Under the pieces are notes generated by a model. It searched no databases. It was not told where the DNA came from and saw nothing but the letters and a program-made list of their open reading frames with translations. A stretch of DNA of 63,985 nucleotides, counting the filler, from Phoronis australis (taxonomy: Eukaryota > Animalia > Phoronida), in the NCBI GenBank assembly GCA_002633005.1. It is 8 parts of 8 records of this genome, joined end to end, with 100 filler letters (N's around TTAATTAATTAA, not from the genome) between each part and the next. Parts side by side here need not be neighbours in the genome. Positions count along the whole stretch, not along the records: positions 36,645 to 49,581 come from NMRA01001611.1; positions 49,682 to 51,843 come from NMRA01003822.1; positions 51,944 to 61,875 come from NMRA01001495.1; 5 more parts are not named here. One strand, given 5' to 3'. Numbering within the stretch: the first letter of the stretch is position 1; each line of letters begins with the position of its first letter. The position numbers and the translations under genes are program-made. Below, one piece after another: positions 47,796-60,932 of this stretch.

Positions 47796-50607
47796 GTAAG
47801 TGGCAAGCAAATTATCCGACATATTCTCTAGCGTTGTGAGACCAAAAAGATGATGATTTTTACTTCACACAACCTTTTTAGTCTGAAGCACAAATCATTA
47901 TGTAATGTTGGGGAAGCGTTACTTTTTGTTTACTGACATTTGGATATTGGCTTTTCCTCTTATCGTTTAAACATCCTATCGTACGACATTGATCTTTTGA
48001 CGGCATAAAGACCCTAAATAAGTTTAAAAACAATGGAAAAGATATTCAAAACTGGATCTCCTCAGTGTTGAGCAGCCAAATACAATAAAGAAAAATACAA
48101 CTTGAACTTATAAAATCCGTTTCATAATATGTTTGACTAAGATAAGATTTGATTTCCGTTACGGAAAAGAGTAACGAAAACATGAGCTTTACCAAAATGA
48201 GAGAAAAAAACATATGTAAAAGTAACATAAAAGTGAACCAAACATGTTATTAATGACTAGTTGAACCGGCAGGAAAATGATTCAAAAAATTTCTCCCCAA
48301 TTAAGATAAAAATTTTAGAATATCGATACCTCACCGTTGTGAAGAATTTAGTATGGCATTCAACCAAAATTATAATCTTTATATAGTAATTGGACCTTTG
48401 GTGCCGTGTGGTGCAATAACATTCTTTTGTAAAAATTCAGGACGCAGTGGCAAAAATCTATTGCGTAGCTTTGAAATGCATTGTGGGTAGTTCACTACAT
48501 TGGTTGAAGTGTAGGACTTTCCACATAAGTAAATAATTATTCATTTCTTCAGAAAGTAAAATTTAGTGACCCTGATACACGTGGTGTGTGTTACCCTCTT
48601 GGTGTAAACAGTAATTTGGGACACATGATTAATTACGATTGTTATGATACTAAAGAAGTAGACAATGTAACTTTGAACGCTTGTTATACAGTTGTCACGG
48701 TCAATATTCGAGAATAAAATAGTGGAACAACCAGATTGAAAAGCGAGACTTTCGGATAAAAAGCCAAAACGCGGGAGTGAATTGTTCGCCGTAACACACG
48801 AAAACGTCCTGACACCGTTTTGTCGAACGGGAAACGTAACACCCAAAAGTGCCCGACTGAGTTTTTGTTTTTAGGTGAATGCGATGTCAATTTCTCCGTG
48901 TGTCAAAAAGTGAGACATTTTGACGAGATGGCCAGAAAAGTTAAAAAGTGTGGCAGTCCACCAAGAATGGGGCATTTGACAAGTACACTTTACACTGCCA
49001 GAAACATAAAGTATTCGATTGGATTCTTTTACTTTTTAAAATTTCATTTCACGGATACGGGTAAATACTACAGTGCAGCTCAGGCGTCTGGCAACAGGTA
49101 AACATTGCAAAAATGAATTATTATAGAAACAGGCGAAAACAGTAATACCATTTATCCCATGCGCGTTGAATCTGTCGAGGGAAATACGGCCATGTAATAA
49201 AGTTTTCCGTATTCACCTCCCGCACTACTTGAACAGCGACCTCTGACATGGAAAGTTCAAAAGGTAAGTCAATGTCGACTCGACGTCTTTAGCCGGTTCG
49301 ATCATCAAACTTTGCGAACATAGTTTAAAGTAATACAGTTGCAGCAGTTACTAACACTCGACATGCAACCAGGGCCTAAACGTAAAATCTGGAACAAAAC
49401 TGTTAATTATAAAACACTCATGTCTCAGTTTTCAATTGTTGAATAATATCTCGCCTGCAACTCAGGCGCCGATTCCTAGGAAATTAAAATATCAAAGTCT
49501 TCGGTCTCGGTCGATACGCGAAATAATGTCTCGTGGGATATTACTTCATGTACGCCACTCTCGGTACGTTTTGTGTATATANNNNNNNNNNNNNNNNNNN
49601 NNNNNNNNNNNNNNNNNNNNNNNNNTTAATTAATTAANNNNNNNNNNNNNNNNNNNNNNNNNNNNNNNNNNNNNNNNNNNNTTTTTTCTATTTTCTTCAA
49701 AAATATTTTTTGTTACACTTTTACTACCTCGTGGGGGCGCTGTGATCAGTTTAATTTTTAGAAAATTACATATTTCACCAAAATAAATGTTCAGTCAACG
49801 CTGCAGTGCATCAAAACATTTTAGAATACAAATATGCTCTTTTTGGATAGTCACCAACACAACACCTCTCAGTTTCTATATTATTTGATAGGAATGAAAT
49901 TGATTTAAAATTCGTTGAAATTTTAGGGTCCAATTAAATTTTGTTTAATTAAAAATGCATACTATCATTTTTTGTCATTTGGTGTGCAACTTAAGATTGT
50001 GAAAACATTGATCTTACTTGGGAAAAAAGATTAATTTACATAACCTCACAGGTTTTTACATAAATAACAAAATACTCTGAAAAAGACTAGTTATCTGGTT
50101 TTTGCTCATTTTGAATTCATTTGTTATGCAAATTTCATTTTTTAGAATTATTTCAAAACCTTTTGGAGCAAAAGAAACATGTGCACTAAGCCATAGTAAT
50201 TCTTGAAGTGTTTTGTCATTTTCAAGGTAATAAGTTGCTCTCTTTTTAAAACATCACTTGTTCAACTTAGCTTCAGGGGCAAAAATGTCCTGTCACAAGT
50301 CAAAAAAAAACTAAGTCGATGGTGAATTTTTCAATTTTTGTTGTTCTTGTTCGTGCAAAATATAAGAATTTGTGGTTTGGTGTCTATGCCATGTTGTTAA
50401 CCTACTTGCAAAGGACTCTCCATCTTGTTTTAAGAACACGGTGAGCTATGGATTCCCAAATATAGTTGTCTAAACTTGCCATTTTCTGTGGCCTGAAATT
50501 TCTGGGTGCCGTTTGCTGAAAAAAAGGCCATTTTTGAGGCTCTAAAATTCAAATAACTCGAGAACCGCTGAACCGATTTGAAAAATTCAAAAAGTTGTAT
50601 AAATGGC

Positions 50608-50831
50608 ATGTCTAAGGCTATCATTTAACACTCTTTTCAAGTGTTTCTGATGAAATTTGTATTTGGGTTTGCTCACCCTACCAAGGGCCCAAAACAAGGC
50701 CACTGGTGGAAAGCCGTTTGTCGTGCAATCCAAGGGTCTCACCCATGAGTAGAGTTACATGTCTAAAGCTATCATTTAACACTCTTTTCAAGTGTTTCTG
50801 ATGAAATTTGTATTTGGGTTTGCTCACCCTA
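50608..50831. repeat. About 74-bp direct duplication (50608-50681, 50758-50831) of a probable transposon terminus ending GCTCACCCTA
   Basis: Nearly identical copies 150 bp apart. Confidence 0.75.
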
Positions 50832-51989
50832 CTATAGGGGCTTCAAGTTCAACGGTGAGTGGCACTTGGTTTCCTGCAAATGAAATGAATGAGTTCTTGA
50901 CAAATGATATCACTCGCGACAGCAAAAAAAAATTACCTTTAGCGGTCCATCGGCACTCATAGTGGTTGACCTGCTGATAAACTTAATCAATACAACTTTT
51001 GGCGAGAAACACCGCTTAATAACGGGGTTAAGGCAAAAAATGTTTTCAGCAAGAGAAATACCGTTCAAAGTGAATGCGCCAAATTTTCTCACCAATCACA
51101 AACGTGTTACACACCACGTGACATCAAAGTCAAGGTCGTACTCGTACAACAATTGGCTTTGTGTTTATCAAACGAAAAGATTGCTGTAGATAAAAATATA
51201 AGTGTGAGACGCTTCCTTACCACCCATTTCAAATCAGACGAATCTTTCGCAGCCATTCCTCTGTTTCAGCAGATTTTCAGTGTACTGTAGAGAAACGACG
51301 CCGGCGACTTTGTTGAGGCTGTTGACTGTGATCGAGTCGAGTTAATTCAACTTCTTACCACCGATGTTTACTTAAAATGTGCAATTTTCAACCGCCTAAA
51401 TTCTTTGTAATTACTATTTCATAATGGTTGTTCCTCAAATGTTATCCCAGCAAATAATGCTGGTCTGCGGACTAGTCGGTGACTGCTGATCACAAAACAC
51501 CCGGCACGAAAGATCGGTTTCCCGCTTTGACTATAGATGGGGCTTTTGGATACAGGTGTCGCTGTTCTCGTAGATGCTTCATACCGGATGCTCGTTAACG
51601 AAAGCTGCAACACATGTGAAGTCAACTTAGTTCTTGTACGTACATTTGTTGTGTTTGTGTTCAGGCTATATTTCGAGTCAATTAAGGTATCAACAAATGC
51701 CTGTTTTTCATCCCCACTCCTGTACCTGGCCTACTGGTATACTGTGACCACCGTCTCTCACGACACGTAGTCATATAGTCCGATTACCTCTCGTCGTCAG
51801 TCTCCAAAGGTCGTCCGCCATCTTGTTTCGCGTGCAGCGCTGCNNNNNNNNNNNNNNNNNNNNNNNNNNNNNNNNNNNNNNNNNNNNTTAATTAATTAAN
51901 NNNNNNNNNNNNNNNNNNNNNNNNNNNNNNNNNNNNNNNNNNNATCGATACGCCATCTGTGGGCTACTAGATAATATACACGACGTCAT

Positions 51990-52280
51990 CAACAGGCTCA
52001 CACATTCAGAGTTTCCTATCACGCATTTCAACTAATTCAACTATTCTCACTAATCGCTGCGCCACCTGCCTGCAGAAACATAGCGTACATGACGCCAGCG
52101 AAAGTCTCATAACTTGGGTGCAACTAAAATCAACCATCCAACTATTGCTACTAATCGCTGAGCCACCTTTGGACAGGTCGATAACATATATGACATTATC
52201 CTCAGGCTCAAAATTTTAGAGACGCCAATCACGCATTTCAAACAATTCAACTATTCCCACTAATTGCTGCGCCACCTGCA
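51990..52280 (+). repeat. Degenerate ~100/210-bp tandem repeat
   Basis: CAACTATT...CTAAT(C/T)GCTG(C/A)GCCACCT occurs three times. ATCACGCATTTCAA block occurs twice. Confidence 0.65.
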
Positions 52281-55200
52281 GGGACAGTTTGATAACAAAC
52301 ATGATGTCGGCAACAGGGCTGCATCAGTGGTGATGGAAGGATGAGTTGAGTTATGCTGGGAATAGTTTGTTACAGCTAAACATTCTGATGTACTGTACAT
52401 GTATCATATTTGGAGGCCGGTTTACTAAGCGGTTGATCACCATTGATGAAGGCTTCATGATACGACCACTGTATTTATTGCCCTCTTGTTGTGAGTCTCT
52501 GTCCTACCGTGACTTTGGTCTCTCTACGGTCTACCAGTTGTACTCCTGTTGTTTGATAGAATATATATCGATGGTCAATGAGAGGCTTAAATAAATTTGC
52601 TTTGATGTTGCATTAAAGCCGATGTAAAGAAATCTTGATCTTACTCTTGAATCCGTTTGTTGAACATGCATGTCATTTTGCATATCCTTGTCTTTGACAG
52701 AATTTCGAGTTAGTCATGGTGAAAACAGATTCGAATTATTTGCTAATGTATCTCAATAATTATTGTGCAAAACGGTACCAGTCACTCTAAATTATAAGAA
52801 ATGGAGTTAAAAGTTTGTCAGGGTGACCACTACCCGCAGGGCTAATCTCCTTCCGTGTGTCTTGACTCGTGATCCACGTGTAAAGGCCTGTAGTCAGCAT
52901 TTCACGGGGGTGGTTTGAATTTCTAGAACGGTGAATATTCGTTATTTTGAAAACGTCGAAACTGTAGAACTCTCGGTAAGGCCCTTGACGCAGCTTAACT
53001 AAGAGGCTCTCAGATCTACATGTACGTTCCTGGGCTTAAACGAAATTTGTAACAACATAAATCAGGATGCTGTGACGGCTGCTCACAAAGAACGGAGCTC
53101 AAATTCGGATTATACGTGGCCCAGATAATGTTACGCGTAACATCCTAGGCATTTGAAAGTTGTCCTTTTTAGTACATATTGATGTGCCAAATTGTATACC
53201 TAGCAGGTTGTCTTTTATACTATTTGTTAAAGTTGCCAAAGTTTCATTCTAGTGCTCTTAACAATTCGAAAAACATTGGTTCAAAACAGTTTTAGGGGTT
53301 ATGCAATAGAATCAAGGAGTGTAGTACAATAAGAGGTACCACTCCGCCATCTCGCCATTCGCCGAAATGGTTATCGGTCGAAAAACTAGCGCCCCAAGCG
53401 GCAAATAAGCAACACTAATACAGCAGCAGGAGTTCGAACCACGTAAACACTGATAAATTCGTACTCTAATGACGTTTGACGTGCAGATAAATTACTATGT
53501 GACTAATTTTGGGTAAATTACGTACATTTATATTCACGAATGATCAAATGAGAATGAAAATGTGTGTTTTAGTCATTATTTAAGTGTATTAGACAAACAT
53601 ATTTTTGCTTTCATTCTCTTGGAACTCCCTTGAAAATCAATGCCTTTGTTTCATGTTTGAGATTTAAAAAGGCAAATTACCGTTCCAAGTTAAATTTCAT
53701 ACCTCCATAGACTACATAGCTTTAGTGATTGCTCTTGGGGTTCACTAGGCAGTTGCCCCCATGTGCCAGGAAGGGGGGGAGGGTACACGGGAGTGCAAAA
53801 CAGGTAAAACAAGGGGGTACATGGGAGGAGTTCTAAACAGGTAAAACCAGGTGGATGCCAAGTGTGTGTTGTCCACCTCCCACGGGGGTGCATGGGAGGA
53901 GTGCAAAACAGGTAAAACCCAAAGGATGTGCAACTTGGGTTTTGAGCCCTCCCATCGTCACACTTTTGGTTGCTAGATACCCTTGACAACATATGCTGAG
54001 GTGGTGATGAGATTTGGCTATCGTTGTGTGTATGTCCCCGTCCCAAGAACACTTTGTAATAACCCGTGTTCATGCCCCCGTGATTATGTTAGTACCATAC
54101 TGCGTATTTTCCAATTTTTCATAACATGGTGCTCCCAGCAGTTGCTAATCTGTAAAATAGCTCAGAACTTAAAAACGTATTAACATTGAATTTATCATCA
54201 CTCATAACTAATCAAAGCTCCAAAATGACCTGACGAAATATTTTAAGAGGTACTGAACAGCGATTAAAATATTCTCACACAACTTCATACAAAACTGAAC
54301 TAAAAAACTTTGATGAGAAGACCAAAATTTAATTTCATATATCCACTGTAAATGTTTCAGGTAAGTTACAGCCTGACCACGTGATCATATCTGTTACCCA
54401 GCCACAACTGGGGCTTACATTAATCACAATCTCCAAAAACGTTCAAATTAGGCAACATACAGTATATACATGTACCACTACGACAAGAAAATCTGACCAA
54501 CCTACTTGCATATACTTCACTAGTAAACAACAGCTCTTTTCAACAGAGTTATGTATAATAAATTAAGCTGAGAATTTATTTACTCATAGAGGTGTTTGTC
54601 ATCAAGAAGCAACCTGATCCTTATCTCTGCAAAGGTGGAACAAACTAACATGACCACTGAAAATGTAAGGCTGTTTTGAGATCAGTGCAGAGAACACAAG
54701 AGCAGAGAAAATGTATTTCATCCTCTACGCATGAGACAGTATAAAACTCACTCGAACGCTCCTCAGTACGAGTAAAAATACCAAAACGTCCAGTTTACAA
54801 AGTCAGCGACAAGACCCTACATCTAAATTGAGAAAATAGTATATTTTTTTCTCTAGGAATGTTATTTTTTAAATAAAATTCTGTTTGATAGTTTTTTAAA
54901 AATGATTTAGCTTGGGTTTGATACAAATTTCAGCCCTCCATTCACACTCTGAATGATCCATCAGTTTCACTTTGGCTCTCTCCAAATCACAGGCTCACTG
55001 TTCATGAAATGTTTCTATCTGATCAACTTAAGTAATATTTTGAAAATTTTCCTGACCAAATGTCCTTTCTACACGTGATGTCCCAGTAAGACACTTGCTT
55101 TTTGAGACGATAATTAAACAAGTAAATAATTCCAGAGCCGTAATATACAAAATTCCGGAGAACTTTTTCACATATTTTATTTTTGGTGAATTTGGGACTT

Positions 55201-55660
55201 CAACTATTGTTGGCATGGCAAGGTATCTCATACCAGGTTGCTCTTCATACATGTACATATACGAGCGTTAATGAACGAAGTGACGTGAGCATAACTTGCA
55301 GTTCTTGGTCAAGTAGGACGCATCTCTTTTCATGCAGTTTAAGTTCGGTTCCCAGCGCTTGCACCTACAGTATCAGAATTGTGTGAGAGACTCTGGAACA
55401 TTCCTCAAACTCACCAAGAATGGTAGCCTACACCCTACAGTGAATTACAGTAGTCTTGTTGCACTATGCTTGTGATATAAATAACTGTCTTGGTGTCAAC
55501 TAAAAAACCTAGGACTCAAATGTTGATCCAGGGATATTTTTAGAGTCACTCCCTGCATCACTGGCGCGTGGAATTAAATTTCCATTGACACACTCGTGTT
55601 CCTTAAGTTGGGCCAACTGGGACATTAGAGTTATGTTGAGTTTTTCAGCGTGGTCCACAA

Positions 55661-57512
55661 TTACAAAAATGAACTTAAGTTTTTCGATTAAAACTTATTT
55701 TTTGGCGAAAAAACAAAACATGGATTATTTGCATGTGATGCTAAGCGAGCAGATCCAGCTAAAGAAGATTAAGCGGCTTGTGGTCTAGCATAGGGCCCTT
55801 TCACATTGACTTAACTCTTGTCTGAGCGGAGCATTGACGTATACTGCAAAGTTAACTGGACAGTTCATTCTGGCTTCGGTAGTTAACGAACTTCGAAGTA
55901 AACAATAGGTGACGCTGTGGTGATCGAAGGTATCGCAAGGTAGCACTGCACGCTAAGATGTGACAATTTGGGAACATTTACATGTGTTAATTGACATAAA
56001 ACTTATTTTTAAATTGATTGGTGGTTATTAGAGCAATGTATAACCCATCACACTACTATGCAATTGTTAATGATAACAGTGCCCCCTGGCAATAACTTCG
56101 ATAGGACCGAAGTTGATCAATTATACTGCGTGGCAGCGTTGACGCTAAGCACTAAAATCCACCTGTTTAGTGCGAAGTTAACTGGCACTGTTAACTTCCT
56201 TCCAGGACCAAAGTTTAAGCGTTCATACTGACATTAACTTCCAAAAACTTCGACGCGTCGATGTTAGTATGAAAGGCCATATGGATATGTGCATGAAGTT
56301 CAGTAGCTTTAAATTAAAGGAAAAAGAATATTTTTGCGGTCAAAGGTCTAAGTTTTCTAATTTCCATCTCGTATAACCAGGTTGTACTTAGGATTACTTT
56401 TAGTGAAACTTGTTCGCACCATGGAGTGTATATTGGATTTACTGTTATTATGACTGTCAACAAAACGAAACTTTGACTTTTAAATTGATATTTTTAAGGT
56501 TGAAACAATGATAGGGGATTCTAGGCACTATTTCTAGCATAAGGATTGTACTTCCCAAAATCAGATCTGTGGCCATTGTCGATAAACTTTTAGTTACCTG
56601 TTACGTTTTATGTTATGCTTTTGTCTCTGCGGATATTCTTGGATGTTGCATATTAAGTGATTTGTTATTCTTGGTGTCATTGCTGTAACTTTAGTAGAAA
56701 ACGTCTGTGCTGTTGAAACGTAGACTTTTGTTTTTGTCCTTCCTGACTATGTAATCACATTTTCTTTGGTTGTGTTTCATGATTTGGCAGTGATTTCTCT
56801 GTTTGTACATTCCATTTTGCTCCCTCAGTTATCGCATAATTGTCATAGACTGATAACGATGCAATTATAAATATATTATTAGCCTTATTTAGTTTTCACT
56901 GCATTCTATGCATGACACTTGATGAACTGATTTTTGAAATGTTTCTGGTTTTTTAGACTTTGATATTTCACTAATGTTCATTTATTTTAAGGAACTAGTG
57001 TAATTTAGGAAGTGCATTTTATTTTCTGCAATTAATCACTGTGAATGAAATGTTAATAGAACTCTAGTTTGTTAAATCTGATGAGAATCATTAAAATTGT
57101 TACTGTACTCCACTCTTGTTTTAGTGAAAATCGAAATTTTGAATGCCTGTCCTATTGAAACTTATTGGTTTTAGAAAACTTCAGTTTTCAAAAGTTAGTT
57201 CCTTGAAAACTTATGTTCGGAATACTTAGTTTTCAAAAACTTAAGTTTTGATGACTTATGTTTGTTACTAAAAACTTGTTCTAAAGCTTAAGTTTTCCCA
57301 AAACTTAAGTATTTTGGAACAAAAAACTTAAGTTTTCAGAATTTAAGTTTTTGAAAAACTTAAGTTTTTGAAAACTTAAGTTATGAAAACTTAAGTTTGT
57401 TCCAAAAACTTGTTCCAAAATACTTAAGTTTTCGCCATAAACTTAAGTTTTCGCGATTGAAAACCAAAAACTTAAGTTTTTCGATGAAAAGTTAAGTTCA
57501 TTTTTGTAAGGG
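55661..57512. mobile_element. Foldback/CMC(EnSpm)-like non-autonomous element with AAAACTTAAGTTTT palindromic subterminal repeats
   Basis: TIR TTACAAAAATGAACTTAA at both ends (right end ...TTAAGTTCATTTTTGTAAGGG). More than 10 AACTTAAGTT copies in 57230-57500. Confidence 0.75.
55794..56278. mobile_element. PIF/Harbinger-like MITE nested in the foldback element
   Basis: Termini GGCCCTTTCACATTGAC and reverse complement GGCCTTTCATACTAAC. Internal AAGTTAACTGG repeats. Confidence 0.55.
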
Positions 57513-58263
57513 CACAGATTCTCTAACTTGACTCAAAGATAGACCCTGTGGCTGTGATTTTGGCTGTGTCGCCCGTAATATCGACCCATGGCCATGGGTA
57601 TGCTTTCCTACAATTATCCCTGTGATCGTTCGGGTGACTTATATGGACTTCAAATATCCAAACAAGCTGGTTAATCATGTTCCTTCCACCAGCAGCCTGA
57701 CTGTGCAGTAGCCTACACTGCAGACGACAGTGGAACTGTGACTACGATCGACTTGTCTTCTAACCTCCAACAGATCACACGAAACAAAAGGCAATGTATC
57801 AAATTATTGAATAAAAAATATTCCTTACGTTTCTGGATCCTTAGAAAACGTAAAAATGACAATTCCGGTGTTTTCGTGGATGAATTTGTGCAATTTATTA
57901 CGCTGCAAAAAGGGCTCTCCCTCATTGCTCACGCGCTTCGTATAGCTGTACTTGACCGTTGCTTATCTGCTTCTTGGCGGCGCTATCCTGAGTAGTACTA
58001 TAAGAATGAACTCGCCATTGAACACTCCTATTGTAACACACTCCTTGGTACAATTTCTAAATGTTGGTGGCCGGTAAATCGCTGACCCTTTATTCAGGAC
58101 ATTCTGTATAACAAACCATTTGCACCATAAAAAACAATATCAATTTAGCGGCTGGTGGTCTCGTGGACACGTACATGTACATAAATATAAAGATTACCTG
58201 CTAAATTTACTAGCGAAAAGTACGAGCGTGGAACTTCCTTGGAGCACACATGATCTACAAACC

Positions 58264-58450
58264 AATAGGATATAGCAATGTCGGTCGTAAAACACGAGTG
58301 AAGTCTCGTTCTTAATTACGCTCGTAATCACGGGTGAAGGATTGAGTTCGTAAAACACGAGCGAAGTCTTGGTCGTGATCACAAGCTTAATGATGGGCGA
58401 ATGCTTTCGGTAGTAAAACACGACCGAAATCTTGGTGGTGATTACGACAC
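58264..58450 (+). repeat. Degenerate ~60-65-bp tandem repeat (3 copies)
   Basis: GTAAAACACGA..GAA.TCT.G..(C/G)T.AT.AC recurs at about 58286, 58350 and 58413. Confidence 0.65.
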
Positions 58451-60932
58451 GGGCGGTGCAACATAGGGGATTTTTTTCAATGCCAAGCCGCACATAGTCT
58501 ATAGGTGGTGTACTACAGGGGGTGAGGGGTCTTTAGTCCCCCACTTTTTTCAGTGCCGCACCGCCTATGTACGAGCGTATAAGCGCGACACTTTCACCCG
58601 AACGGCCAACGATAAGAAAGAGAGCGTTCTCGCGTTACCTCTTGCCAAACTCTGAGATCAGGCAAGCTTAAATGAGTGATTACACCCCATTACATAATAG
58701 GACTGAAATATTTAGTCTTGAAATGACTTGACGTAGTTATTTATCTGATTGTATACATGTATTTGCGTGTTACTTAAGTTACTTACAACGATGGAAATGT
58801 TAAGGGCCCATTATATTCCGAAGCTTCATTACTAAAAAGGTTCAGTATTGCGAAGGTTCACTATTCAAAGGTTCAGAACTCCAAAGGTTCACAACTCCGA
58901 AAATATCTAAATTTCGGACTCAGGTGTAATTTTTTACTAATGCAGTTAAAAATAAACTACACTTCGGTTATGAGATGTCAGTAAGTGTTGTACCTATACT
59001 AATAACAACCCACAATTAAAGACTTAATTTGGATTCCATGCCAAACCACATGTCTTAAAAATACGGCAAAATGAGTACGTACTTGCACTTCTAAAAAAGA
59101 ACGAAGTAGGAATATTGGTGTATTATCAACCAGGATATAATTTCAAATCCATATCAAGGTCACGTAAAGTTTAGGCCCGCTGCGCCTCAACCTCAACCTC
59201 CGATACTAAATGTACATGTATAGTTAGTAGGCTACCTTTCCAGTCTTCACACACGCGAACACGCATGCTTGTCAATCCACTGATTTACAGTCACAATCCC
59301 TTTTAATTCGAAATTTGAAAATGCCTGTACGTTACTGTCCTATGCTATCAAGCATACGAAAATAGCAGATAACAACCTATTGTTCTAGGGTTTCGTTTTT
59401 GGTCCTATATTTGCAATATAACTTAGCTAGCAGTAGACATTTGCTTCTTGACTCCTTGTTACCCCGTGATGTAGCCATCACGTGCGATCAATGTCGATGA
59501 ATAACATATAAACCCTGTTCTAGTCGTCTGCACTATCCTGTCATCTAAGCAAAACACCACTCGGCTGAAGTTAGCCGGGTACGGCCCGATGATTACGTGA
59601 AGCACTTTAAATCTGAATCAAAATCAAAATTTTTAGTAGTGCTCTTAGCTGCATCAATTTTATTGTAGTTTTTGTCCATCTACATGTATATCCTAGCTCT
59701 AATGGATAGATTGGGGCTGGACCGAAGCCTCTGAACTCCCTGGCTACAGGCATGTATCGGTCCTGGGCGCATTGCCACCGCGCGGAAAAGTTTCGTAAAG
59801 TAGTCCATTCGCGCTGCGAACTTTTTAATCTCTCTGTACGCTGGCAAGGGTATAACTGTACTTCGTATAAAAGACCAAGTTTGCATACAGAATATGACTG
59901 GAGAAATTCGCCGTCAGTCATTGTGACTGTATAATGTGGTCTCCTGCCATCTCCTGCTTGATTGCGATGTTCGCATTAGCATCGCATGTTAGAGGTGCAA
60001 AGCAGCTAAAGCCCGAGGTTCCAAAGTATCCAAAGGGGTAAGATACACTGTAGATAATCAAGACACGGTCGCTGCTCAGGCAAACGACATTCCTTAGTTA
60101 GGCAAGACTCGACATCGGTACATCGCAGGTAGAATGAATGTTATATTGGACACCCAAAAAATTTGTATATAGCCCGTTTTAGTGATCCCCATTATATTTG
60201 CTGTCATCCTGTCTATTGTTGGTGGTAAGAGAGATACAGGAAAGGATAGCAGATAGCACATCATTGTGGTCCAGAAGATTTGGAGGAACTGGACTTGCCA
60301 AAGATTTGTTTTCTTGATAAGACGAACAAGCAGAACAAGTTCACCGACTCTATTTCATGGAAAAGAAGTTGAGCTCTGTTCCAAGTCTTTGTGCAAACTA
60401 CAGTGTAAAAATGCTTGGTTTTTAAGAATCATTCTTGGTGCACCTGTAATAGGAGAACGGTAATCAGTGCAACTTGTACTCAAACATTTCACGATCTATA
60501 CCCGACCAGTCGGAAACTGGTCAACGACCGGTCTTTTAGCCGAGCAGCAGCACAGTAACGGTCTGCTAGGAATCGTCAGATGAGTCACCTTTGAGGTCGG
60601 CACTTTTATCTGCAAACTAGTCGCCTAGCTTAGAGGACTGGTTCTGATTATGCGTATCCTTGGACGTCAATTACTAATTTATGGGTTAGCGGGTGAACTT
60701 TGGACAAACTATCATCCACTGTTTGTCGGTCATATTACTTTGGCCACTCATGTCTTGACCACGGTTCATCAACCTTTGCTCGATTATTTAAAGGAGAAAA
60801 CAACATTTTTTTCATGTCAATTTTAGTAAAAACACGGTTCGCTGCTTACCCCATATTTGTTTTTCTGTTAATAACGGCTTCCCGTAATTATATTAATTAG
60901 TCGTGCTTTTCTACGGAAATGACGTTTAGTGG

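Larger units (their letters stand above)
53387..58020 (-). mobile_element. Old P-like THAP transposon with a spliced, degraded THAP gene and nested insertions
   Basis: Exon 1 (57925-57829): MRESPFCSVINCTNS...LSFLRF[fs]KDPE|GTAAG. Exon 2 (55364 to about 55181): CKRW...ASYLTKNCKLCSRHF...AMPTIVEVPNSP. Inverted subterminal motif TAGCGCC..CAAG..GCA.ATAAGCAAC at 53387 and 57985. CA terminus at 58020. Left end is approximate. Confidence 0.65.

Noticed and set aside
51419-51843. Gene start at CAAGATGGCGG on the minus strand
   Set aside because: Frames close quickly and the putative exons give no recognisable protein.
58805-58905. AAGGTTCA ~16-bp repeats as a nuclear-receptor element array
   Set aside because: More simply a truncated MITE subterminal repeat. 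No supporting context.
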